DNA of 38,159 nucleotides from a bacterium (GTDB lineage Bacteria; UBA9089; UBA9088; JAGUXG01): NCBI GenBank assembly GCA_020061965.1, contig JAGUXG010000211.1, positions 1 to 38,159 of the forward strand, read 5' to 3'. Shown piece by piece: positions 26,639 to 33,779 of this stretch (position 1 is its first letter; each line of letters starts with the position of its first letter). The notes under the pieces were generated by a model. It saw only the letters and a program-made list of their open reading frames with translations, ran no database searches and was not told where the DNA came from. The position numbers and the translations under genes were made by a program.

Positions 26639-27577
26639 TCATTGTTTCAAAAGCATAGAAAGGAGTGACATACGAAGATATAAGCCATTGTCTGCCTGAC
26701 GAAAATATGCTGACCTTGAGTCGCTATCTATCTCAGGAGGAAGCTCCTGCACCCTTGGTAGAGGATGCAATATCCTTGAACCCTCTTTCATTGCTTGAGT
26801 TATCTGCTTGTCAACAACATAAGAATCCTTCACCCTTTCATATTCTACAATGGACCTAAACCTCTCCTTCTGAACCCTTGTCACATAAAGGATATCAACT
26901 ATATGGGCGACCTCAAAAAGCGTCTCTTGTTCAAAGAAAGGACAGCCTTTCTCCTTCAGATAATCGGCAATATCCCTCGGCATTCTTATCTCCTCTGGCG
27001 AGACAAAGTAAAGCTCAATATTATTCTGCTGTGCCAGGAGATAGACAAGGGAATGGACAGTTCGGCTATAAAGCAGGTCTCCAACAAAACAGACCTTCAA
27101 ATTGTCTATTCTTCCAAGCTCCTTCTTTATCGTGTAAAGGTCTAAGAGTGCCTGGGTTGGATGCTGACCTGGGCCATCGCCTGCATTGATGATGGGAACT
27201 TTGGAGACCTCGGATGCCCTCTTTGCTGAACCCTCTTCATAGTGCCTGAGAACTATAGCATCAGCAAAGGAGCTAACAACCTTTATCGTATCAGTCAGGG
27301 ATTCACCCTTGACAGCCGAAGAGAAATGGGGTGCATCTTCTGTGGAGATGACATCGCCCCCAAGCCTCTTCATGGCAGACTCAAAGGAAAGCCTTGTCCT
27401 TGTTGATGGCTCATAGAATAGACTGGCTAATATTTTTCTTCTTGGCACTGATGGAAGGAGAAGGGAAAGGTCTTTGCTCTCATCTAACTTTTCCATCCTG
27501 GCAGAAAGAGAAAATATATCCTCCAATAAACCCCTATCCTTAAACTGCTGAACCTCGATAATATGAAAAAGATTCAT
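26639..27577 (-). CDS. pyrB: Aspartate carbamoyltransferase catalytic subunit
   Basis: STRTRLSFE, HPTQALLD and LHPLPR motifs. Confidence 0.95.
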   Translation of the reverse strand: MNLFHIIEVQQFKDRGLLEDIFSLSARMEKLDESKDLSLLLPSVPRRKILASLFYEPSTRTRLSFESAMKRLGGDVISTEDAPHFSSAVKGESLTDTIKVVSSFADAIVLRHYEEGSAKRASEVSKVPIINAGDGPGQHPTQALLDLYTIKKELGRIDNLKVCFVGDLLYSRTVHSLVYLLAQQNNIELYFVSPEEIRMPRDIADYLKEKGCPFFEQETLFEVAHIVDILYVTRVQKERFRSIVEYERVKDSYVVDKQITQAMKEGSRILHPLPRVQELPPEIDSDSRSAYFRQADNGLYLRMSLLSMLLKQ

Positions 27578-27619
27578 TGGGTATAATTATAACCGAACTT
27601 TAACAATTTTACAATTTAT

Positions 27620-27755
27620 TTATACCCAAGTAAATCAGGTTTACAAAGAGAACCTGAGGTTGTAAGTTTAGGATGTTGTAAGTTGTAGGTTTGAGCCTTA
27701 TCTCTTCTACTTCTTCAACCTTCAACCTACAACAAAGATTTTCGCTAGACCTGTT
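27620..27755 (+). repeat. Dispersed ~135-nt intergenic element, copy B
   Basis: See copy A. It lies between the PHP gene stop and the pyrB start. The centre differs from copy A (GGTTTGAGCCTTATCTCTTCTA). Confidence 0.85.
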
Positions 27756-27756
27756 T

Positions 27757-28407
27757 TCATTGGGCATACATCACCCTTTCAGCTAAAGCCCTTGAGTTTT
27801 TGTAAAGTGGCTCAAAGTCACAACAACAACCTTTAGCAACCATTTTTGCCTGAGGTATGTCTATAAAGCTATTAGATGAATGTGAGTCTGTATTCAGGAT
27901 TAGGTTGGCCCCAATCTCTTGAGCAATCTTAGCTATATGTCCATTGGTGATGCCATGAATAACTCTGGCTGAAATCTCAAGGAGAATTCCTCTCTCTTTA
28001 GCCAAGGCTACCTCCTCCTTGCTGATAAGTCCAGGATGAGCCAGAATATTTATATTGCTTTGCAAGCCAGCCTTGTTTGTTCCAACAGGAACAGTCTCAG
28101 CAATCGTCTCGCCATGAACGATTATAATCTTTGCACCCAATCTTCTTGCTCTTTCTGCTATTTCAGGGATCATTGCCGGTGGAATATGAGTAAGCTCTGC
28201 CCCTGGAATCACCTTAAGTTTTCTTAAGTTTTTGTTCAAATCCTCTGCTACCTGAGCCAATCTTGGCACAACAAGTTCTATATTTGAGCTATCTATATGG
28301 TCGGTTATACCCAGAATCTCAATCCCCTTTGCCTCTGCCCGATAAGCCAACTCACTTGGCAATAGCTCTCCATCGCTCCATAGAGAATGACTATGCAAAT
28401 CAATCAT
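27757..28407 (-). CDS. PHP-family metal-dependent phosphoesterase (histidinol-phosphatase-like)
   Basis: MIDLHSHSLWSDGE N-terminus, ITDH, and later HG/DSH metal-ligand positions. Confidence 0.75.
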   Translation of the reverse strand: MIDLHSHSLWSDGELLPSELAYRAEAKGIEILGITDHIDSSNIELVVPRLAQVAEDLNKNLRKLKVIPGAELTHIPPAMIPEIAERARRLGAKIIIVHGETIAETVPVGTNKAGLQSNINILAHPGLISKEEVALAKERGILLEISARVIHGITNGHIAKIAQEIGANLILNTDSHSSNSFIDIPQAKMVAKGCCCDFEPLYKNSRALAERVMYAQ

Positions 28408-28451
28408 CTTTTACACCTCCAAATAATATTAAAATTGTTTGCGGGTATTAC

Positions 28452-29168
28452 TTAAGAGTTGATGAGGTCTAACATCGTTCTCACAGCCTCATCCATTCCA
28501 ACAAGGACTGCCCTTGATATGATAGAATGCCCGATATTCAAATCTGTTATTCCAGGAATCTTTGCCACCCTTCTCACATTCTGATAATTCAAGCCATGTC
28601 CTGCATGGACAATAAGACCGAGCTTATTACCCAAATTTACAGTTATCCGTATCCTTTCAAGCTCTACCTCTTTTCCTTCTTCTGTCCTTGCCTCAGCATA
28701 TCTTCCTGTATGAACCTCAATCATATCAGCCTTGCATTTTACAGCCTTCTTCACCTGATCAACATCAGGGTCAATAAAGATGCTCGCCTTTATTCCAGAC
28801 TCTTTCAAGAGGGAGACTATTGTCTTCAAGTAGTCCTCGCCAGCTATCACATCAAGGCCTCCTTCTGTCGTCAACTCCTCCCTTCTTTCTGGGACAAGGG
28901 TGACGTGGTCTGGAAGAAGGTTTTTGGCAAATTTAACCATCTCATCTGTTGGTGCCATTTCAAGGTTCAGTGTTCCAACCACAACCTTTCTCAAGATCTC
29001 TACATCCCTTTCCCTGATATGCCTTCTGTCCTCCCTCAGATGGACAACTATGCCGTCTGCCCCAGCTAATTCTGCCAGCATAGCTGCACTAACCGGGTCT
29101 GGTTCAAAGGTCTTTCTTGCCTCTCTTATTGTGGCTATATGGTCAACATTGACACATAATTTGGGCAT
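28452..29168 (-). CDS. pdxJ: Pyridoxine 5'-phosphate synthase
   Basis: [24 protein letters not shown] and VHAGHGLNY motifs. Confidence 0.95.
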   Translation of the reverse strand: MPKLCVNVDHIATIREARKTFEPDPVSAAMLAELAGADGIVVHLREDRRHIRERDVEILRKVVVGTLNLEMAPTDEMVKFAKNLLPDHVTLVPERREELTTEGGLDVIAGEDYLKTIVSLLKESGIKASIFIDPDVDQVKKAVKCKADMIEVHTGRYAEARTEEGKEVELERIRITVNLGNKLGLIVHAGHGLNYQNVRRVAKIPGITDLNIGHSIISRAVLVGMDEAVRTMLDLINS

Positions 29169-29529
29169 ACTCTACCTCCTTTTTTCGCATTATTTCTGAA
29201 TGTTTATAACCTAAAATATGAAGGATTCCGTGGCTGATAAGTATTCCCATCTCTTCCAAAAGACTCTTTCCATTCTCCTTGGCATACCTTTCTGCCATAT
29301 CTACAGAGACTATAACCTCCCCAATATCTCCTAAAGGAAAGGCTAAAACATCTGTTGGTTCATCCTTCTTCAAAAACCTCTTGTTCAGCTCGCAAAGAAG
29401 CTCATCGTCTCCAAGAACAATGCTTATCTCACCAGCTTTACCTTCCTTCCGCAAAATATCTTCTACCAGAGCCTTTACCTTTCTAACAGGAAGCCTCTTT
29501 TTCTGTCTATTTGTTACTGAAATCTTCAT
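29143..29529 (-). CDS. ybeY: Endoribonuclease YbeY (rRNA maturation)
   Basis: [11 protein letters not shown] zinc motif. Start taken at MKISVTNRQ (ATG 29529). Confidence 0.88.
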   Translation of the reverse strand: MKISVTNRQKKRLPVRKVKALVEDILRKEGKAGEISIVLGDDELLCELNKRFLKKDEPTDVLAFPLGDIGEVIVSVDMAERYAKENGKSLLEEMGILISHGILHILGYKHSEIMRKKEVEYAQIMCQC

Positions 29530-29755
29530 ATTGTTGGGTAATATTTTCTTCGGTTTTAATCTTATTTGATTCATTTATGAGTTCGTTCATTTTATCTTCA
29601 ATCGCAAGATTATACCCAAAACAGTCAAGACAACCCTTTTCATCATCAATGGAGATTTTCAGATCCAATTTTGGCCCACCATAGATAAAATAATTGATGT
29701 CAATAAAAGTTCCAACTTTTCCAGTTTGCTTGTATACCAAAAATAAATCAGCCTT
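29507..29755 (-). other. Open frame without a convincing start (TTG in the track), hypothetical or gene fragment
   Basis: AT-rich with no recognisable motifs. The only in-frame ATG is late in the frame. It may be the 3' part of a gene disrupted together with 29790-29984. Confidence 0.2.
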
Positions 29756-29789
29756 TCAAAAACTCTAAGGTCCAATAATCTGAAAATTT

Positions 29790-29984
29790 TCAGTCAATAA
29801 CGAATAGCTCATCTCTATACTGAAGAATATCTTCAAAGAAGTTTATATAAGTTTGCTTGAATCTGTCAAATGTGTTATTATAATATTTATCATAGAAACC
29901 TTTTTGTGTTTGTTCAATCAGAGTCAATAGAGAGATGGTTAAATCAGCTATAATCGTCTTTAAGTAAGCTATCCAGACCTTCAT
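29790..29984 (-). CDS. Hypothetical small protein (64 aa from ATG 29984)
   Basis: ORF only. AT-rich, no recognised family. Confidence 0.25.
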   Translation of the reverse strand: MKVWIAYLKTIIADLTISLLTLIEQTQKGFYDKYYNNTFDRFKQTYINFFEDILQYRDELFVID

Positions 29985-30128
29985 TTTGGCAGGTTGCAAA
30001 TTGAGAATATTTCATTGTTCATTGGTTAAAGACTGCTTCACATAATATATATCGGCTTAAAGAGAAAAAAGCTTTAATCTTTTTTTTAAAATCTGTTGTT
30101 GTGGGCATACACATTCCTTCTTAGATCA

Positions 30129-30459
30129 TCCATAGAGAAGGTTTAAGATAAATCCATCAAAGAAACCCTGACCTACACGATTACTTATGCAAACGAAAGA
30201 CCTGGAACAGTGACGGAATATTATTGAGGTGTTGCCGGAGAATGTGAAATTGTCCATAGTCCATAGTCCACAGTCCATAGTCTATGGACCATCGACTATC
30301 GACTATCGACTAAAAAGTCCACAATCCATAGTCAGATATTGGTATAATAACAAATGGCAGGAAGCTTTTAGTGAAGATGCCACAAAGATAAGATGGATAA
30401 TTCCAGAGATAAGCCCAGCAGGGTCTGGCACAGTCAGTTTTACAGTAAAAGTGGAATAA
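30129..30459 (+). pseudogene. Remnant of a DUF11-type C-terminal module (in-frame stop plus 5-nt deletion)
   Basis: Translates as ..IEKV*DKSIKETLTYTITYANERPGTVTEYY*, then shifts frame to LPENVKLSIVHSPQSIV...RWIIPEISPAGSGTVSFTVKVE. It is paralogous to 32530-32889 and 37690-37988. Confidence 0.75.
30252..30335 (+). repeat. 12-unit heptanucleotide tract with inverted halves inside the DUF11 remnant
   Basis: GTCCATA GTCCATA GTCCACA GTCCATA GTCTATG GACCATC GACTATC GACTATC GACTAAA AAGTCCA CAATCCA TAGTCAG. Confidence 0.9.
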
Positions 30460-30495
30460 ATTTCGGTAATATTTTATAATAGCTTTATAAACAAG

Positions 30496-31374
30496 ATGTT
30501 AAAAAGGGTTTTTTCTGACATAAAAAAAGGTTTGGTTAACTATTATGGAGAAAGGCTTATATCCATTGTTGCCTTTGGGTCAAGGGTTGAAGGAAAAAAT
30601 GGTTCAGAGTCAGATCTTGACCTGCTGATAGTGGCTAAAGATATAGAAAAGAATAGGATTAAAAGGATACCAGAGATGGTGAAATTAAAAAGGAGATTAT
30701 CAATAGGGATGCCCTTAGACATCCTTTTGGTCTCAAAAGAGGAGTGCAGAGCCAATTTTAAGAACCACAATCCCCTCTATCTTGATATTGCTATGGAAGG
30801 AAGGATACTCTTTGATAGAGGGTTTATAGGGAAGGAGATAGCATCTGTTCAAGGGTATATTGAAGAAAAGAGGCTAAAGAGGGATGAGAAGACATGGTTT
30901 TTCCCAGTTGCATATCGCTTAGCCACCCCTCTTTCTCCTGTTAATAATCAAGAATGGGCAAATGTATGGTTGGCTGATGCAGAAAGAGAGACAAAGATAG
31001 CTCATCTCCTTGAAATGGAAGGCTTTTATGATAAATCTACTTACCATTGTCAGCAGGCGACAGAGAAGGCAATAAAGGCTGTCCTTATCTGCTTTGGTGA
31101 GTTCAAAAAAAGCCATTTTGTAGCTGATGCTTTGAGAGATAGGGCAAATGGGATTGAAGATAGTGAGTGGAGAGAAAGATTGCTCTCCCTTTCCGAGTTT
31201 GGAGAAGAGATAGAACCACAGGTTTCTCTGAGCAGGTATCCAGGGTTTAATGGCGAGGGTCTATGGATACCAGCAGAAGAGTATAAAAATGAAGACGTAA
31301 AAGGTTTGATAGAAAAGGCTGAATTTGCAGTAAAGATAGGCCTTGGATTTATAGATTGGTGGTTTAAGAGATAA
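30496..31374 (+). CDS. Fused minimal nucleotidyltransferase (MNT) and HEPN-domain protein
   Basis: N-terminal half has GSRVEGKNGSESDLDLLIV (NTase G-S ... D-x-D). C-terminal half has YHCQQATEKAIKAVL...KKSHF...LSRYPG (HEPN, PF05168-like, as remembered). Confidence 0.8.
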   Translation: MLKRVFSDIKKGLVNYYGERLISIVAFGSRVEGKNGSESDLDLLIVAKDIEKNRIKRIPEMVKLKRRLSIGMPLDILLVSKEECRANFKNHNPLYLDIAMEGRILFDRGFIGKEIASVQGYIEEKRLKRDEKTWFFPVAYRLATPLSPVNNQEWANVWLADAERETKIAHLLEMEGFYDKSTYHCQQATEKAIKAVLICFGEFKKSHFVADALRDRANGIEDSEWRERLLSLSEFGEEIEPQVSLSRYPGFNGEGLWIPAEEYKNEDVKGLIEKAEFAVKIGLGFIDWWFKR

Positions 31375-31601
31375 AATGAACAAGCTTTAAGTTTTTAGTT
31401 TTTTAGATTGGAGGTGATAAAGATGTTTAAGAAAGGAATAATGGTTTTAGGGATGCTGGTGATTCTTGTAATGCCGGCCAAAGGTGAATGGATTGGATTT
31501 ACTGAGAAAGCAACTAAAAGCCCTCCTGAGATTAAGGTAGTCAAGGATGACGATTCAGGGATTACCTTAGAGGCAAATATCTTTGGGATGGAAGTTAAAG
31601 A

Positions 31602-31624
31602 GGTTCAAGGTTCAAGGTTCAAGG
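31602..31624 (+). repeat. (GGTTCAA)x3 heptanucleotide tract at the first frame break
   Basis: Read directly. The upstream frame stops 14 nt after the tract. Confidence 0.9.
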
Positions 31625-31752
31625 TTTTCAGATGCTGAGTATTCCGGGCCATGAATACAGCTTTACTCAGGAAGTTGGCAAACCCAAATTACCCGTTATT
31701 CAAGTCATGCTCGCCATCCCGGATAATGTAGATATTAACCTTTCTTCTCTTT

Positions 31753-31787
31753 CAACCTACAACCTACAACTTACAACTTACAACCTT
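31753..31787 (+). repeat. (CAACCTA/CAACTTA)x5 heptanucleotide tract inside the coding sequence
   Basis: CAACCTA CAACCTA CAACTTA CAACTTA CAACCTT. The same units form the right arm of the intergenic element at 17300-17326. Confidence 0.9.
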
Positions 31788-32695
31788 TATCCCGTCCCAA
31801 AACAAGTAATAAAAACCACCCCCGATGGTTACTCATACATTGCTGAGGAGTTTTGTGAGGATATTATTTGGAGGAATGATTATGGTAAATTGGCAAATAT
31901 TGACCTTGATGGAAATATTGAGATTATAACGATAAAAGAAGATACAATAACTGCCTGGCAACACGATGGCACTCTTAAAGTAAATTTATTTACAAGACCC
32001 GGTGATTCAATAATTTCACCTATGGTTATAGCAGATATTGATTTAGATGGCGATATAGAAATAATATGTGGTGGTAAAGAACCAGAATATGGCAGTATTT
32101 GGGGCAAAGTCTACATCTGGGACTATGAAGGTAAATGTCAAAAAGGGGCATTAGAGTGGCCAATGGTAAATCATGATGCTCGGAGAACGAATTGCTATAA
32201 TACGGATGTTACAAAACCTGCTCAGATAATCAATCTTGAGGCTAAAAATCCTACCCCATACTCTATGGATTTAACCTGGACCGCTACTGGAGATGATTAT
32301 AACCTTGGTACTGCTGCCGCTTACTACATCCGTTATGCCACCTTTACCATTACTCCACAAAATTGGCACTTAGTTAACAAAGCTACCTGTACCATTACTC
32401 CAAAACTTGCCGGTTCACAAGAATCCTTCACGGTAACAGGATTAGACCCAAATACTACCTATTACTTCTGCATAAGGGCAAGGGATGATGAGTGCAACAC
32501 CTCACTTCTTTCTAACAATGCTACTGTTACTACCTTGGGCACTGGCGACCCATGCATCACTCTTGAAAAAACAGTAGACAAAAGATACATCCTTCCCAAC
32601 CAAACCATAACCTATACCATCACTTATAAAAACACTGGTTCTGTCACAGCAACGGATGTAAATATTATTGAGGTGTTGCCGGAGAATGTGAAATT

Positions 32696-32765
32696 GTCCA
32701 TAGTCCATAGTCTATGGACCATCGACTATCGACCATCGACTAAAAAGTCCACAGTCCATAGTCAG
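32696..32765 (+). repeat. 10-unit heptanucleotide tract at the second frame break
   Basis: Same tract as 30252-30335 but lacking 14 nt (two units). Confidence 0.9.
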
Positions 32766-32896
32766 ATATTGGTATAATAACAAATGGCAGGAGACCTTTA
32801 GTGAAGATGCAACAAAGATAAAATGGATAATTCCAGAGGTAGCACCAGCATCCTCTGGCACAGTTAGCTTTACAGTGGAGGTGAAGTAATTGTAAA

Positions 32897-33406
32897 ATGG
32901 AAAAGGCGTTTAAGGTTATAAATGAGATGTCCAAAAAGGGCATACTTACCGATTATGCAATCTGTGGTGCAGTTGCAACAATATACTATACTGAACCCTT
33001 TGATACTTATGATGTTGATATATTTTTCATCCCTCCTGAAAAGGAGAAAATGATTATATTAACGCCATTTTATGACTGGTTATTAAAAGAAAAAAAATAT
33101 AAAGCTCACAAGGAATACATTCTTATAGGGGAAACACCTGTTCAATTTGTTCCTACTGCTACTTTTTTAGAAGAAGAGGCTGTTAAAAATGCTGTTGAGG
33201 TTGTTTATAAGGAAATGAAATTAAAAATTTTAAGGCCAGAGTATCTAATAGCGGTATTTTTGAAGGTTTATAGATTAAAGGATAAGGTAAAGATAAAAAA
33301 ACTTCTTGATGAGACTGAAATAAATAGAAATCTTCTGATGGAAATCTTAACAAAATATAACTTAAAAGAAAAATTTCAAGATTTTATGGAGAAATACTAT
33401 GAATAA
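32897..33406 (+). CDS. Predicted nucleotidyltransferase-fold protein (toxin-like), family uncertain
   Basis: 169 aa. ICGAVATIYYTEPFDTYDVDIFF fits the NTase hG[GS]-x9-13-DhDh pattern. The C-terminal helical region contains LKILRPEYLIAVFLKVYRLKD. Confidence 0.45.
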   Translation: MEKAFKVINEMSKKGILTDYAICGAVATIYYTEPFDTYDVDIFFIPPEKEKMIILTPFYDWLLKEKKYKAHKEYILIGETPVQFVPTATFLEEEAVKNAVEVVYKEMKLKILRPEYLIAVFLKVYRLKDKVKIKKLLDETEINRNLLMEILTKYNLKEKFQDFMEKYYE

Positions 33407-33569
33407 TTTAATTGCCAAAAATGAAGGAGGGGTAAGAAAATACAGAGAGAAAATCCTTAAAACAAAAGAGGAATATCGTCAATGGCTTGCAAAATTACCT
33501 TTTGAAAAAAAGATAGAAATTCTTAATAAGTTAAAAAGAAGGGAAAAATTCCTAAAAAAATTTAAGTAA
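33399..33569 (+). CDS. 56-aa basic helical protein overlapping the upstream stop (ATGAATAA), not in the ORF track
   Basis: Hand translation gives MNNLIAKNEGGVRKYREKILKTKEEYRQWLAKLPFEKKIEILNKLKRREKFLKKFK. The 8-nt overlap suggests translational coupling. Confidence 0.4.
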   Translation: MNNLIAKNEGGVRKYREKILKTKEEYRQWLAKLPFEKKIEILNKLKRREKFLKKFK

Positions 33570-33656
33570 AATGAGGCAAGAAATGAAGAGATTGCTAATT
33601 TTGATAAATGGGTGCTGTGCTAGTTTCAGGCAGATGTGCTGGCTAATGGCTATCTT

Positions 33657-33732
33657 AAAGATAAAATGGATAATTCCAGAGGTAGCACCAGCATCCTTTG
33701 GCACAGTCAGTTTTACTGTGGAGGTGAGGTGA
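33657..33732 (+). pseudogene. 76-nt orphan copy of the DUF11 tail (direct repeat of 32814-32889)
   Basis: 70 of 76 nt are identical to 32814-32889, including the stop position. It sits inside a chimeric 53-aa frame (33571-33732). Confidence 0.8.
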
Positions 33733-33779
33733 AATGGGTGTGCCGAGCAAGTTTATTAGTTTGAATAATAGGAGCAAAA

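Larger units (their letters stand above)
31423..32889 (+). pseudogene. Surface protein gene interrupted by two frameshifts (signal peptide, gingipain-propeptide-like N-region, FG-GAP/VCBS-like repeats, FN3, DUF11)
   Basis: GGAGGTG Shine-Dalgarno plus ATG 31423. There are three reading-frame segments: 31423-31638, 31632-32777 and about 32760-32889. Motifs seen: GKPKLPV, DLDGNIEI / DIDLDGDIEI, the FN3 segment LTWTATGDD...YYFCIRARDD, and the DUF11 segment TYTITYKNTGSVTATDVNIIEVLPENV. Confidence 0.75.

Noticed and set aside
26665-27189. Plus-strand ORFs 26665-26859, 26795-27145 and 26878-27189
   Set aside because: All are antisense to pyrB, which is unambiguous.
28527-29199. 180-aa and 99-aa plus-strand ORFs
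   Set aside because: Both are antisense to pdxJ.
29575-30130. tRNA gene or att site at the boundary of the accessory region
   Set aside because: No cloverleaf-compatible sequence or flanking direct repeat could be found by eye. The same applies at 37989-38152.
30229-30459. 76-aa ORF as an independent gene
   Set aside because: It is the in-frame tail of a decayed DUF11 module. The upstream homologous sequence carries a stop codon and a 5-nt deletion. Its M start is an internal TTG/Leu position of the domain.
31602-31787. Invertible DNA switch formed by the GGTTCAA and CAACCTT-type tracts flanking 31625-31752
   Set aside because: In its present orientation the intervening 128 nt encodes the most conserved part of the propeptide-like region (LSIPGHEYSFTQEVGKPKLPVIQVMLAIPDN). 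The arms are only 6/7 complementary per unit. No recombinase is present.
30252-32765. Heptamer tracts, and the 12-nt-period repeats at 34822, as a CRISPR array
   Set aside because: The period is 7 or 12 nt with no unique spacers of 25 to 40 nt, no leader and no cas genes. These are simple tandem repeats.
32814-33732. Diversity-generating retroelement (VR/TR pair) as an explanation for the duplicated 3' tails
   Set aside because: Differences between 32814-32889 and 33657-33732 include C/T transitions in both directions, not only adenine-specific substitutions. The 30384-30459 versus 37913-37988 pair shows mostly A in the remnant (5 of 6 differences) but one reversed difference. No reverse transcriptase or accessory gene is in the window. 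The idea would be worth revisiting only if an RT is found nearby.
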